DNA of 64,000 nucleotides from Camelus ferus (GCF_009834535.1 NC_045696.1:100876001-100940000), one strand, 5' to 3'; positions 1 through 14,242 are shown, counted from the stretch's first letter. Translations and numbers: made by a program. Notes: generated by a model from the sequence alone, not told the origin.

Positions 1-1979
1 ATTTTTATTTAATTGCTTTTTATGTACTATGAGGCAGCACCTGCAAGACTCACACAGGGCATTTTGACATCATTTAACATGTACTATAATAAATCAATCA
101 TAATATGTGTGATATGATAGTGACAGGTCAAATGAGTCTATCGTTATTTGACCTCATATTTAAAAGAGAAGCAATATCTTGTCTCATTTACAATACGTTA
201 AAAATATTTTTTAACAAAGCAAATAAAAATTCAATGTACAATCATTCTAATTTTACAGATGAATAAATTGTAGTCTTAAAAGGTGAGGGACAGAGTAGAA
301 TTATGGCTGGCAGGACGCATGCGTGTGATTTAACTACACAAAACACATCAACACTGGAATAGACTTTCTCATGGATTGAAAGAGACCGGACGTTTAACAA
401 CTGAGGTATCTATAGGCTACATTTGGTTGGATTTAGGCAAGATCAGCAGTAATTATCTGATTCTATGGGAAGTACAGCTCTATAGATAAAGTATGCATCT
501 TTCTTAATGGTTTTGTTCAAATATGTAGAAAATTACACGTTATATTATTCTTTGTATTTGTAGTCTTCTCATTCTAACCCAGTTTAAAGACTTTACAAAT
601 AAAGTAAACCAAAATTTGAAGCATCTCTCAAATATACAAACAATATATGGTGAGCTGATTTGCCAAAAATAAAGCTGATTAAAGAACCTTTCAAATATCT
701 AAATGGTCTAGAATATACAGAGGAGGCATTCTGTCAAAAATTAACTGCTGGTTAGAAGGAAAAACCATTGTGGGATGTAAAACACAGTCTTTGTACATAT
801 TTGTCAAACAGATTATGCTTCTGTTAAAAACTCAGCAAGCACTGCGGCTACGTATACTATTAAATTCTATGTTGTTGAATCATGTGACTAAAGGTGATTT
901 TGCAACTTTGCACATTCAAGGGAAAAACACTTAATATTTCTTCCCACAGGTGAGAGTATAAGATACTTATTAAAGTATCTTTATGTTTATAGTCAAGTCC
1001 AGGACATCTTAAAGGAAATTAATTACATCTCTGCTGCTCTGCCAGAGGCATCCTATGGCTACAAATGCTGACTGGATTTGCAAGGTTTGCAACAAATAAA
1101 CAGACTCCACAGATAAAATGTACACAATTGGAAATTTTGTATGAAACCCAGTAAGTATTTTAATACTAAATTCTACCATTTCTTATTTTCATGAAACTAG
1201 TTATTATCTGTTCCTCATCTGAAAAAAATGACAATAACTGCTATCAATCAAACTCATGATTCAAAAGGGAGTTATTACTGTGAACGTAATCGTAACTGCT
1301 TCCTCTTGCTGGACAAGCATTCTCCGACATCCCTTACTGAAGGGAATTACAGAGAAACACCTCAGATTTCTTAGTATAAACAATAGAGAACAGGGCATTG
1401 AATTCAGAAAGTTAAAATAGAGGAATTAAGAACATAAAGAGCTACTGCTCCCTGAAGTGCTCACTATATAGTGCTTACACTATATAGTCTTGAAAAGGCA
1501 ACCCCAAGTAAGGAGCTGATTGCCTCAATGCCTCTCCTCCCCACTGAATATAAATCAGTGATTCCATCCAGCAAGAGTGCAACACCTTATCTAAAATTTG
1601 TGTTTCCAAAGGGTACAAACTCAAGCTCAGAACTTTATCTAGAGTAACCAGTCCCATAAGAGAAGCTCTATTTTCCTGGTATTTTATGAAGAATAAAGTT
1701 TTTCATAATTAAACAAAAAGGTGTGTGTGTCTGTCTGTCTGTGGGTGTGTGTCTGTGTAGGGGTCACTGTGTAGGGAGAAGTGGAGCACTGGTCTTGTTA
1801 CCAGAGAGGAAAGCTAATTTCTGTTTCCTGTTCCTTTACACTGCAAGGTTCAGAGAAAGGGCAGGGTCAGAAGTTAGGTCACTGTATGAACAAGAGGTTA
1901 GAATGAGGTTCATGACTGCTTGCTGGGGAGATTTAGACACAGACAGGGCATGCTATAAAGAACATTAAATTGGAAATCA

Positions 1980-2400
1980 AATATATTTCTCTATCACTGA
2001 ACACTCATGTCAAGGTCTAAGCTCCTTTTTAGGTATATAAAGAAGAATGATAGATTTGTTTTACTCTATCAGAGTTGTTCATTTTGCAGGAAAAGCAAAC
2101 ATTCTATCCCTTAAAATTGTTCTATTAAAAACAGAGTATATGATACATACATATATAGGCACAAAAGACTGTATCTTGTGAATTCAGAAAAACTTTTCTA
2201 AGGGATACCCTTTAACCTCAAGTCTTCAGTAGGAATAGGTGCCAGCCAGGTGAACAAGGAGAATATGGCCACTATGTCAGACTCCCAAATAATATCCGAG
2301 GAGATCATTCATTAGAGTGTGATTCAGAAATATGAGCACTGATGGTTCAGTATGGGATGCTAAGGCAGAGTGATGGAGACAGTGTAGGTAAATAAAACAC
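1980..2400 (-). mobile_element. L2 LINE 3' fragment, highly diverged
   Basis: Resembles the reverse complement of the L2 3' end (TCACTGAACACTCATGTCAAGG...), followed by a purine-rich L2-like body. Boundaries approximate. Confidence 0.45.
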
Positions 2401-4069
2401 ACCATGCGTTAGAGTTTGGATTACTCATTTTGGTCTGGTGAGTTGTTGCTTTGGTTTGATGAATGTACTTCATTGATATGATCTAGATTTTTTTGGATAA
2501 TTCTGGGAAAGGTGCAATTTATGGAATATTTTATGTGCTGAATGAAGGTGCTTGAACGAAGTGACTTGGAACTAGATTCTTTTTCACCTGTTCCTTTTGC
2601 TCAATGGGAAAACAGAAATGCAACAGGGATTTGAACTGCCCAAAGAATGATTCCATTTAGACAGAAAACAAAAGAAAAAATTAGCTTTTCATGCTATAAT
2701 AGTACACCTGTCAGTTTGCCACATTTCACAGTTAAGAACTATCTTAGGGTCAGATATTGGATTTTCAGAAAACTTCTGTTAAAATACAAACACTTAAATA
2801 GAAGTTTATATATCAGTGCACTAAACACCTTAGCATGGTGTAACAGTTCATTCTCAAGTCACTGGAAACTTATCTGACTCTTAATCCTGTGCAGAAACAT
2901 TGATGACTGATGATTATGACTAATAAGAACTTTGAGCAATCAGGAACTTTCCATTTCTAATTTTATTTGGTAAGTTAATTTTATGACATATTTGGAAGAT
3001 GAAAAGACATGGAAGATTTTTCATATTCTTTCTCTGAAGTGGGGGGGTCACTAAAAAGAATATCAGCGAGCACGATCATTTTTTATTTCAAGTTTTGAAG
3101 CGATAACTTTCACTATTATGACTATAACCAACTGAATAATTTGTCATAGAAGCATTCATACTGAGAATGTGCAGACAAATTAGATAGACATTTCTCTTGA
3201 TGAGAGTAAAATATTTTCTAGTGATGAGAAGAAGAAATCAAGTAACCAAGTAGTAATATTTACAGCAATGTGAATGTTAAAGGAAAACAAAATCCATGAA
3301 CATATTAAGGAAGAAAAATAAAGGAATGCCATTAATTCTACCAGTAAAGAAATCAAGCTGCTACCATACTATCCATGCAAGTTAGATTTAAAGTTTTGCT
3401 AATGAGAATTGAATTTTTTGTTATTTTTTAAAGGAAACCCCAGGCATTCAGTCTATTGATAACTGTGGTTGTAATAACAAATTAATATTCATTTAAAATA
3501 TTTATTTTTTAAATTATAGCCTGTCACTTCATGGAAATGAATTAGTACTTTTACTAGTACCTTAATGTTAAAAGAGCATAGAAACTGGATATTTTGCTCA
3601 TCAATTCTAAAGAGATGAGGATAAGAATAGTTTACGGTGTTTATATATGATATTTTTAGCTGCTGAAAGGATGAGAACTATTTTATAAACTAGATCCCAT
3701 GTGTCTGGATAGAGAAGCAGAAAGGACACACTTATCTATACTGTTAGGGTTTGGTGGGAGCAGGGACACTTCAGAGCACTACAAAAATGAAACATTCTTG
3801 TGGGATAGGTAGCTTTTATGTTAATACACTGAATGAGAACCTTTAAGTATCAAAATCATATTTAAAAAACCCTGAAGGAAAAAAATTAGAGGGAAGATTA
3901 CAACTTATCAGAGTGCCCTGAATAAATATTGTATCACTTCTAAAATGCATCATTAACTTTGGTAATTAACCCATTACTATTTTGAGAAAATGTGGAATTA
4001 ATGACAAGTTTAAATCTTAGTCTAAGTTAGGGTCATTATTGGGGAAAAATGCTTATCAAGCTTGGAAAA

Positions 4070-4155
4070 CATTATTCTGTACACCAGAATTTTACACAAC
4101 ATTGTAAACTGACTATACTTCAATAAAAAAAATTTTTTTTAAACCTTAAAATAAA
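4070..4155 (+). mobile_element. Extremely 5'-truncated L1 (3' tip plus A-tail)
   Basis: CTGTACACCAGAATTTTACACAACATTGTAAACTGACTATACTTCAATAAAAAAAA is an L1 3' terminus. Flanked by AAGCTTGGAAAA (4058-4069) and AAGCTTGGAGAA (4156-4167), a probable TSD. Confidence 0.8.
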
Positions 4156-4659
4156 AAGCTTGGAGAATTTTTAAGTTCCTAGAGCATACTCTGTAGGCTT
4201 GCCTACATCCATAAAAATATTTGAAACTGTGTGTCACAGTTGTCTTCTAAGTAAGAATAATGAAGTCGATACTGCAACATCTGGAAAGTTGTTGAATCTT
4301 TGAAAGAATTCACCATACATGAATAAGGACTGAAGGACAAATGCTCTGCCTGAAAAGCACTGAGATAATCCAATCAAAACTGTTCCCAAACAGGCATTGT
4401 GCCAGCAGCTTTGAGGACGTCGCCCTTCACTTCCTCTAGAGATGGAACAATGATTATAACATAGCCGTGTGGCCTTGGAAAGTTTAGAAGCTGCTAAAAC
4501 TTCATCCAAAGAGGTAGTTAAGACAGCACTAGCTACGGGAAATAGGGCAATGTCCATACCTTCTTGGCAAGCGATTTTCTGCACAGTACAGAGAGACCTA
4601 AGAAAATGCTTGTTGGAAAGAGGAATAGTAGGAGCTGTGGAGTGTGGAATATTCGCAGT

Positions 4660-4800
4660 GTAGCTACGGGTCTTACAAGGCAATCCTCTACTTCTCTAAG
4701 GCTCAGTTTCCTCTTCTGTGAAAGGGGGTTACTCACATCTTTCTGGATTCTTGCAGGATTTGGGGAGATGTAGAAAATTAAGTGTTACAGCATGCCAGCT
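4660..4800 (+). mobile_element. MIR SINE fragment
   Basis: MIR core-like CTCAGTTTCCTCTTCTGTGAAAGGGG. Confidence 0.7.
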
Positions 4801-4839
4801 TATGCTTTATGAGAGATGATCGTTAGATCCTGACGGTCT

Positions 4840-5130
4840 TTTCTCAAAAGTCACTTCCCAGTGAAGGTTTTAGTGGCCATCCCATCTGAAATTTCTCCCC
4901 CCCTTGACACATCACATCATCAGTCCTGTTTTTATTCTTCTTAGAACTTACCACACTGGGTATTTAACTAAATTTTTTTATTGCCTCTTTCCAGAACTAA
5001 AACATAAGATAAATAAATATCAGGGCCTTTTGCTAATTTCGCTCCTTGCTGAATCCCAGAGCCTAAAGCAGCGTCTGTCACATGGTATACTGTAATCATT
5101 AAGTATTTGTTGAATATTGAATAAATATAT
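4840..5130 (+). mobile_element. L2 3' end
   Basis: Ends in the L2 terminal signature AAGTATTTGTTGAATATTGAATAAAT, preceded by TGCTGAATCCCAGAGCCTAAAGCAGCGTCTGTCACATGGTA. Confidence 0.75.
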
Positions 5131-7989
5131 GGATTTAATTCTAAGCCATTTCTAAGGAATTGAAAAGTTTACAAGCCTCTGACTTGAAAACATTAATAAT
5201 AAAAAAGAAACATAAATAAACAAATAAATAGATGGATGGATGAATTAAATGACCTGTCTGTGGCACTAAAGTAATCTCCAGTTTTGACAGCATCAGTGCA
5301 TTTTTCAGTCCTCACTCTTTCCATGTTTGTCACTCCCTTCTCTAACAGAGGAAACTGGTTCCAACTCACCTCAGTGTATTTGCTTATTTTCTCAATGATG
5401 AATTAACAGAAGTAAATTTTGAACACAGGGCTGATTAGAGAACCTCAGTCTGAAGAAAAGTTGAATGGCAAACAAAGAGTGAATTCTAGTTGTTAAATGT
5501 GTCCACACAAGAGTACAGATCAGCACTTCTGTGACTACTTTGTATATTGTAGAATTGATAAAATTAACATGCTCACATTTAAACATTGAGGAGGTTTAGA
5601 CTGAGCATGCTTGGGGAAGCTAAATGATTTGGAGATCATTTTTTCCTGACCACCACAACCCTAAAAGATGATTTGATTCCCAAGTATCACAAAACTTGTT
5701 CTCCCAAGTAAGAAGAGGCAAGAAGGTCAAAGCCACTCTTTGAGTGACTTTTAGATCAAATTAAGCCTTAGTTGGTGACAAAACAGACTTGAAGGAAAAG
5801 AATATGAGAAAAGCCCATTTCTGACAGATAATAGGTGACCTGTGGAAAAGGGGAGGCTGTGGGCCCCTAAAAGGACTGATTTCCTGTTATGGAGAAAAAG
5901 CATTTCAACTGGTATATACTTCCTCCTTGAACGACGCCTGACTTGTGGTAAGCATTAGGTAAATATTTTTGAGTGCATGAATAGTGATAATCTATGACAC
6001 ACAACTCTATTCCATCCACTGGTTCCAGAAAGAAATCTTGCCATTGTGGTCAAAGGAACATTTAAGTGTGCATTCCCAGTCGATGTTCTGAATTTGAGCA
6101 GGTGCATGCCACCATCACAGCAAATTCTCCTGCACTGCGCATAGGAGTAGGAGGGACAAGTAGTGGGGTATGTTCCTCCTTTGTTTACTAATCCAGTGCA
6201 CAGGCTCACTGATTTGTTTAAATGGTGCAAAATGTCGTTTCAGTCCGTAGGTGTGGATAGGTTAGGGAGATTAAAATCAGCTCTCTTGAAATAACCTATC
6301 CACTTCAGAAACCATTTTGCAACTATTGCTGTACTGCATTTCTGGAAATTTCTGTTCAAACAATACAATAAATTAATGAAACATCTAGAGCAAATTTAAT
6401 GATCGTTGTCACCGAAAACTATGAGTACTGGTTATATTATTAGGTCAGAAGTATATATTTTAGAGACTTTATGATGTAATAAGAAAGAGAAAAATAGTCT
6501 CACCGAGTTTGAATTGGTTTGCCAGTATTTAAGAATCAAAGGCAAATTGATTTTACTGGATAAGAAAAGTTCAGCATGACAACTTTCTTTATCCTTTAAT
6601 GTGTATTTTCTGAATTTCTACCAAGTTCCAGACATTGTACTCTTAATTTACCTTACTAGTGTTTTACTTTACAGAAAGATGTTTTTCCCTCACTCTGAAA
6701 CTCAGATAATGGCATGGAGGCTAACAACATCGAGCAGATAATTTTATTTCCTGCAGACTCTCTGAAAGGAGGTGCTTTCATCTGGATCACAGTGAGCAAC
6801 TCCTTTGGAACTCCAAATAAAAGATACCCCAAATAAAAGATCCTGCTATTTGAAAGGGCCAAGAATGGATCCTTTGCACATCCTACACTGCCTTGTTTTT
6901 ATTTTTCTTCCTTTTTCCTTTTTAATTGCTTATGCCTCCACTTTACTGCTCTGCTGAAACATGTAACACATGCTGGCATCTGAATATTTGAATTGTCAGA
7001 GTTGCATTGACTGGACCATTCCAGAGCTTTTTTGAAACTAATTAATATGTGAGCTTTGATTCCAGAGTCTTCTGGAAAAAAAAAAAAGATTAAAAAAAAA
7101 AAACCCTGCATGTAAATTAATCATCATCAAACCCACTAATTGTAGACCTATGAGCTGAACCTACTTTTGCAGATAGCCATTAGAGTAAATGGAGTCCTGC
7201 TTCCATAAATGTGAGGTATTAATGTGTTTTACGAATATTCCTGACATTTTCACTCAATCATTCCTGTCATCATGGAAATCAACACTATTTGGGGGTTCTA
7301 AATATTATTTCAATTCCAATGAGAAGCATGATGATCTCAAAATATATTTTGTAAAAAAAAGAAAATATAAGCAATTTTGATAAAATATTGGGTGCATTTA
7401 TAGAGATGTATGTCTTTACAAATCCCATTATTCAGCAAGACCTAAATTCAATGTTTAGCAACTATTTAAGCAACCTGATTTGCTAATATGAAGGGTATTA
7501 ATTTTATTAAAGTGTCAATTGAAATTCCATCACTGGAAAGGAAAATTTATATCCTGATTCTTTTAATAAGAACAACAGTAGAACCAGCAAAAGATATTCT
7601 CTGGGATTTATACCCAGTTAGAAATGGAAAATACTATTAAATATTGTGCTATTTTTATTTAAATTATGCTCGGACACAGCATATGTGACTGCAGAATGCT
7701 TGTGTCTAGTGAAAATGGAAATACTAGAAATATAATTTAATGACCAACTAAACATTATTGGAATATTTTAGACTTATACTCAGACCTAATAAAGAAAAAC
7801 CTTATTTCATGTGTATCACATAAAAATTCATTACATATACAAAGTATAACCTTAACTTTCACACTAAGTAATTAAATATATGTACTTGGGGGGAAAGTCC
7901 TTTAAAGTAAAAATTCTATGTTGAACTAGTAGTTTTTTCCTATCTCTCATGTCAAATGGGATTAGGGTTTGGCCTTATCATCTTAATTT

Positions 7990-8640
7990 TCTTCTATACT
8001 TTCTTCATTGCATCATTTTATTGTTCATAAAAATAGATGATAAAATTCCTTCGATTATCTTTTCATTAATACTTATTTTCTGGATATAAAATTTAAATAA
8101 TAAATTATAGAAAATGCACAAAAATTTTGAAGATTATAAATTTATCTATAGTTCTAACATGAGGAGATAACCATTGTTAACATTTGATTTAATTCAGAAC
8201 CACAATGAATACTTTTATGTGTAGATATCTGATGGCACCTATGGATATTCCAAAGATGAACTCTGCAGTGAGACTACTGCATGAAAGAAAATGTTCCTTT
8301 AGAAGACTCCATCCATCCTCCCAAATTACTTTTCAGAGAGATTGTACCACCTACTAGCAGTGTGTGAGGGTGCTCACGTCTCTCAACCTTGCCAACCAAA
8401 GCACTGAATATTATAATTCCAACAGTTTTAGCAGATAAAATACACTATATCATTGATTCAAATGTTTATTTCTTTCACTGCTAGTGAGATGAAACCTTTT
8501 CTTATGGGCAGTATGTTTTTCTTTTGTATATGACCTCTTCATTTTTCTTTTGGGTATGCTAAAGTTTTTATTTTATATTTGTGATTAGTCTTTATAAATT
8601 AAAGACACTAACGTTTTGTTACATTTACTCAGTTCTTCAT
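7990..8640 (-). mobile_element. Old L1 (L1ME-like) 3' fragment
   Basis: Antisense L1 ORF2/3'UTR motifs: TTGTACCAC...CTAGCAGTGTGTGAGGGTGC...CAACCTTGCCAAC and TTATTTCTTTCACTGCTAGTGAG. Confidence 0.65.
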
Positions 8641-9169
8641 AATTAAGTAATTTGGTTTTATTGATTATCAATCATATAATCATTCAACAAATATTCATTT
8701 ATGGCCATCTGTGTTTATAGCTAAAATGTAGAAGGGTTAAAATTGAACTCAAAATGCATTTCCCTTTACACTTTACCAAAATTCTCAACAAAATGCTATG
8801 AGAGCACTAAAAATAAAGATTGATATTAATTGTGTGTGTCTGTCCCTGTCCACTTGACACTTGAAGTAATTCAATGGAGAACAGAGTTTTGAAAGGTAGA
8901 GATAGGGTGGAAGGGAAAAGGAAGTTGAAAGAAAAGAATAAACAAAACCAGGTGGGTTTAAAATAGATGATCTATTTAGGAAACACACAGCCCAAACATG
9001 AATGCAATATTGGATGCACAGAAGAATAAAAATAACTATATAAAGGAAGCTAAGCTGAGAAAATATTTGGAACAATTTGAATAAAGTTTAAATGGTGTTT
9101 GTACCTTTACTAGGCAGAGATTATTTTGTAACACTCATGCTTTTAAGTAAATAATTAAGTAAACACGAA

Positions 9170-9425
9170 CGAAGGGTGACCTGTGCTTTAAAAAACAGTT
9201 AAGTCTGGATTAGAAGATGGGAGCTCCTGGAGACATCAGTAGCTTAGGTTTCCACTGTGATATTTCAGATTAGATATTTTAGATTTACAGAAGTAGAAAT
9301 AACAGGATGCGGTTCCTGATGGGGTGGGCAGATGAAGGAGTGGGGGAAGTCGTCACTGCAACATCCAAGTTTCTGAAGCCAGTTGGCTGTGAGAATGGTG
9401 ATTTCATCACTTGGAAGAGAATACA
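9170..9425 (-). mobile_element. L2 fragment
   Basis: Antisense L2-like: GTTTCTGAAGCCAGTTGGCTGTGAGAATGGTGATTTCATCACTTGG. Confidence 0.5.
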
Positions 9426-11279
9426 AGAAGATGGAGAGGGGGAGGTGCTCTGCTTTGCTGTTAACTCTTGGGACATTCCCCACTGGTAATCAATTTTGCT
9501 GCTATCTATTTAAAAGTCGCTAGAGTCCAAATGGCTTTTCCCAAAAGAATATTCTCTTTTAGAATTTGGGAAAAAAATGAAAACAAATAAATTGCAAATT
9601 TCTCAAGTAATGATTTTTTTATCCTTAAGGTCATATAAATGACATATTTACAAGCAATGTAATCAATTAAAAAAATCATAATGTCCAAATAAATACCTTT
9701 TGCAAGGGCTCTCAGGTAAACCTTTAAACTGATTTGATTACATGATTCCATCCATCACTGGAGCAGAGAAATGTAATCACTCTTTTCATGTATGTATGAA
9801 TAAAGATAAAGTTGTTTTGTTTTTTATCTAAATTTCACTTCTGTTATCTATCATTCTACTTAAACCATAGTTGATTCTGTGGTAACTGGGAAGACTGCAG
9901 GATACTTATATAGATTTTTTTTCAATGCTGAAAAAGAATTTGTGTTTTACTTTAAAAGAGAAACTCTCACCTGTTTTTTTAGATCTGCTTCTCCAAACCT
10001 AGCATAACGTGTACACATATGAACTCTGTTTACAAAGAAAATGCACAGGAATGAATTTTGTGCATAAATAATTTAAAAGATCATCTAAAACTTAATATAT
10101 CTCATTGCTCCATTTATTTGCTTCTACAGAGTGAATGCATTTTAGAAAACCAGAAATGTGGCATAATATTGGAGACACCAGATGTTTACATCTATATAGG
10201 CAAAAATCCACAAACTTTTTGTAGGACAGAAAAGCTATTTATGCTGCAGCTGATTCTTATAAGGTATGCTAGAAAAATTTGAAAGTTTTGGGGAAGGTGT
10301 TGCATAGCACAAGCAAGCAGTCTTCTATTTGATTTGATTCGATTCCTCTGAGCATAATATGAAATACTGTGCCTTAGAGTGCCTAGAACAGGGTTTGACA
10401 GAGTATGTATTAAAATGGATCGGCTTATTTTTCCTTCCTCTCAATTACTTTAATGTTTTAGTTATCTTTCCATAAAATTCATTATCCTTTAGGTTTATTT
10501 AAACCATCATTTTTATGCAAGCTTGGAAAACATTTTAATATAATAATTTATTTTTAAACTCGAACTCTTACTAGCTTTTCTGTTCTTGTAGCCCTTGGTA
10601 TGAAAAGCAGACACAAATTTGGACTTGTCTAGCTGTTTTTCATCTTTGTTGGCTCCAAGTCAATTAAAAGTGCTCAAAGCTTCCTAGGGCCCCAAGCAGC
10701 AATAATCCAGTTCTTACTTTAATCCAATTTCAATGACTTTCCCTGCAGTTGACAGTAATACAGCCCTCATGATGACCAATTAGGTATTCCACATAAAAAT
10801 CGCAGCTGCTTCAGCGGAGAAAATGATTACTGTAACATCTGGTAGTGTACTGATAAGGCTATCAAACAGGAAGCTAAATCTTGAAAATCAGCTGCTCTTT
10901 ACTCCAGCTTCTCTGACTCTCATAGAATTATTAATTCTAGGACATACACAGGATGAGTCAGCTTCAAGCAAAGTAGAAAAAAAAATCAAGCTGCACAATA
11001 GTTTAAGTGGATCTACAAGTCAGGCAAGACATAATTCAAACATGAAATAAACTTTTCACACTACCCGAAGAATATTACATTAGTCAGAAATTTATAGGAT
11101 CATGATATTGCATACTTTCCTTGTAATGCATTGTTCAACATTATATATGAATTGATGTTTAATATGTGCTTCAAGAGTGGTGATAAAGATATCATCAAAA
11201 TAAGTGGTATATCTATCTTAATATAGTGATACATAAACATATATTCAAGTGGTGTTTTATCTTCATGGGAGGAGATTTA

Positions 11280-12430
11280 TACTTTAGATACAAGGCAAGG
11301 CCATACAAAAAGAACAAAGTTAGAGTCCCTACATTATATTATGCAAGAAAAAAATGGATATATTAATGTGCTAAGTGTAAAGACGTGAAAAATTCTATAA
11401 GACAATGCAATAATTATTTATGTTCATGGAGACAGAAGGTGTTTCTAAACAAGGCAAATAAAGCATGTAACAAAAATTTTGGAAAGGTAAATTAAAATGT
11501 TTAAACTTCTTGTAAGATAATAAAAACTCAGAGGATACTTGAAAAACCAATAAAATGTGTAATACATTTATATTACAGATGGTTAGTATCTTGATTGAAA
11601 ATTAAATTGCTAGAAATCATACAAAATAACAATCCATAGTGAAAGGCTATGTACAAACAACTTACAAACAGTAAAATACAAACAGCCAATGATCATATGA
11701 AAAGCAGCTCATTCTGAGAGATAATCAAGAAGTTTCTAGTTATCGAGATTTATAGAGATAGATAAACGATATATGGATAGATAGATTTCTCATTAAGCTG
11801 GCAAATTTTTTAAAATAGAATTAAACTTAAGGGTTTATGTCATTGTGGTAAGATGGGTAGTTTCCTACAAAGCCCATGATATTAAAAATTTTTCAGTCTC
11901 TTTGTAACAAATTTGATAGTGTTCAATGAAATTAAAATGAAAATATTCAGTAACTCAGCAATTTTATTTCTTAGCATTGTCCACAGGGAATACTCACACT
12001 TGTATTAAAGGAGGGATGTACAGCGTCCTTTAAAATTGTAAACAACTTAGATGTCTCTAAAATAGTAGGTAGATTTATAGCTATGCAGATTTTATGGCAA
12101 TATCCCCCGGATATATTGTCAAACTTAAAAAAAAAATCACAGAATTATATGTATGGTATGTCATTTATGTTTACAAATACACACAGAAATACTAAATATT
12201 TTCTATTAGAGCATATGTGTGTGTGTGTAGAGGCAAAAAAAAAATCTGGAGTATGATAACTAGTCTAATAACTACCAGACAATGAGAGAAATGGAGTAGA
12301 AAGTAGGGGGAGTCAAGGACTGGGGGACTGGGTGTTGGTCAACAGGGTTATTGGTTTTAGTTGTAAAGATTTAGTTTGTATAAGGACAATGCATCTGTTT
12401 ATGCAATATCACATATTTTGCAAAACATTT
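11280..12430 (+). mobile_element. Old L1 (L1ME/L1MC-like) ORF2 3' region and 3'UTR
   Basis: Degenerate L1 motifs: AATACAAACAGCCAATGATCATATGAAAAG, CTCAGCAATTTTATTTCTTAGCATTGTCC, AAACAACTTAGATGTC. Confidence 0.65.
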
Positions 12431-12517
12431 AAAAATACAACGCAGAAATTTGAATCAGATCTGAGACATCTAATAACTGAAATTACAGAGGAAAGGGAAA
12501 CAATATTAACTACACAG

Positions 12518-12582
12518 GGAAGGATGAGGAAAGAAGGAAAGAAAGAAGGAAGGAAGGGAGAAAGAAAGAAAGAGAAAGAAAG
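12518..12582 (+). repeat. (GGAA/GAAA)n purine microsatellite
   Basis: Directly visible; abuts the 5' junction of the younger L1. Confidence 0.9.
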
Positions 12583-13852
12583 AATGAAATTAGAACATTT
12601 TCTAACACCATATACAAAAATAAACTCAAAATAGTTTAAAGACCTAAATGTAAGACCAGATACTATAAAACTCCTAGAGGAAAACATAGGCAAAACACTC
12701 TCTGACATAAATTGCAGAAAAAAATATTTTGATCCATCTCCTACAGTAAGGGAATAAAAACAAAAATAAACAAATTGGACCTAATTAAATTTAAAAGCTT
12801 TTGCACATTTGACCATAAACCAAATGAAAAGACAACCTACAGAATGGGAGAAAATATTTTCAAATGATGTGACCAACAAGGGATTAATTTCCAAAATATA
12901 TAAATAGCTCATACAGCTCAATATCAAAATAACAAACAACTCAATCAAAAAAAAAAAAAAAATGGGCAGAAGATCTAAATAGACAATTCTCCAGAGGAGA
13001 CATATAGATGGCCAACAAGCACATGGAAAGATGCTCAAGATCACTAATTACTAGAGAAATGGAAATCAAAACTACAATGAGGTATCACCCTACACTGGTC
13101 GGAATGGCCAGACTATAAATAATAGATAAAAAGTCTACAACTAATAAATGCTGGAGAAGGTGTGGAGAAAAAGGAACCCTTCTACACTGTTGATGGGAAT
13201 GTAAATTGGTGCAGCCACTGTTGATAACAGTATGAAGATTCTTTAAAACACAAAAAAATAGTTACCATATGATCCAGCAATCCCACTCTTTGGCATTTAT
13301 CTGGAGAAAACTATAATTCCAAAAGATACACCCACCCCAATGTTCACAGCAGTACTGTTTACAATAGCCAAGACATGGGAAAAACTTAAATGCCCATCCA
13401 TAGACAGATGAATGGTTAAAGAAGATGTGGAATATATACAATGGAATATTACTCAGCCATAAAAAATGAATAAAATAATGTCATTTGCAGCAACATGGAT
13501 GAATTATATTAATTGAAATAAGTCAGACATAGAAAGGCAAATATCATATGAAATCACTGATATGTGGAAATCTAGAAAAAGAATACACAAATGAACATAT
13601 TTAGAAGACAAATAGTCTCAGACATAGAAAACAAATTTATGCTTATCGAAGAGGAAAGGGAGGGGAGAGATAAACTCAGAGTTTGGGATTAGTATATATG
13701 AAATAGATAACCAACAAGGGTCTACACTATATTCAATATCTTGTAATAACCTACAATGGAAAAGAATCTGGAAAAGGATATATTATGTGTGCGTGTGTGT
13801 GTGTGTGTATACACACCTGAAACATTGAAAATCAACTCTTCCTCAAAAAAAA
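12578..13852 (+). mobile_element. 5'-truncated L1 (ORF2 C-terminal third plus 3'UTR), artiodactyl-type
   Basis: Translates to RMKLEHFLTPYTKINSK* (L1 ORF2). Contains GATCCAGCAATCCCACT and AATGGAATATTACTCAGCCATAAAAAA, a (GT)n at about 13787-13808 and a short A-tail. Multiple stops and frameshifts. Confidence 0.95.
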
Positions 13853-14167
13853 GGTAAAATTGCATTTAGCTGAAGAAACATAATTAAAAGGAAAATATCA
13901 TAGCACAAAAGAAAAAAGAACAAACCATCTTAAAACAAGATATATCAGAAGTATATTTAAAGTTACTTTAAATCCATTCTGTTTGTAATTTACTATCCTA
14001 CTGCTTGTAAGGAAAACTTGTCAAATACTTGAATAGCAAAGCCCAAACATGTACGTAATTTCAGAAGCATATTTGAAGCCTAACTTGTTCAGGATAAGTG
14101 GCAATACCACAGAGATCCTACACTGGAAACCCAATGCAGGATAGCTAGCTACCTAAAGACTCATTGA

Positions 14168-14242
14168 AGAAAAGAGAAAACAAAAGCAAAAACGAAAACA
14201 AAAGCAATAACAAAAACAAAACAAAATAAAACAAAACAAAAC
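14168..14242 (+). repeat. A-rich (CAAAA)n-like simple repeat
   Basis: Directly visible AAAACAAAAGCAAAAACGAAAACAAAAG... Confidence 0.85.

Noticed and set aside
993..1150. Plus-strand coding exon (TTTATAG|...CCA|GTAAGT)
   Set aside because: Stops occur in all three frames and there is no supporting neighbouring exon.
4234..4773. Cluster of overlapping ORFs as a gene or pseudogene
   Set aside because: No recognisable domain, and it partly overlaps a MIR. The repeated TAGCTACGGG (4530-4539, 4661-4670) is plausibly chance or MIR-derived.
5370..5449. 80-nt minus-strand exon (TTCTTCAG|...GAG|GTGAGT)
   Set aside because: The donor lies in what looks like an L1MC 3'UTR remnant, there is no coding signal, and such site pairs are expected by chance in 64 kb.
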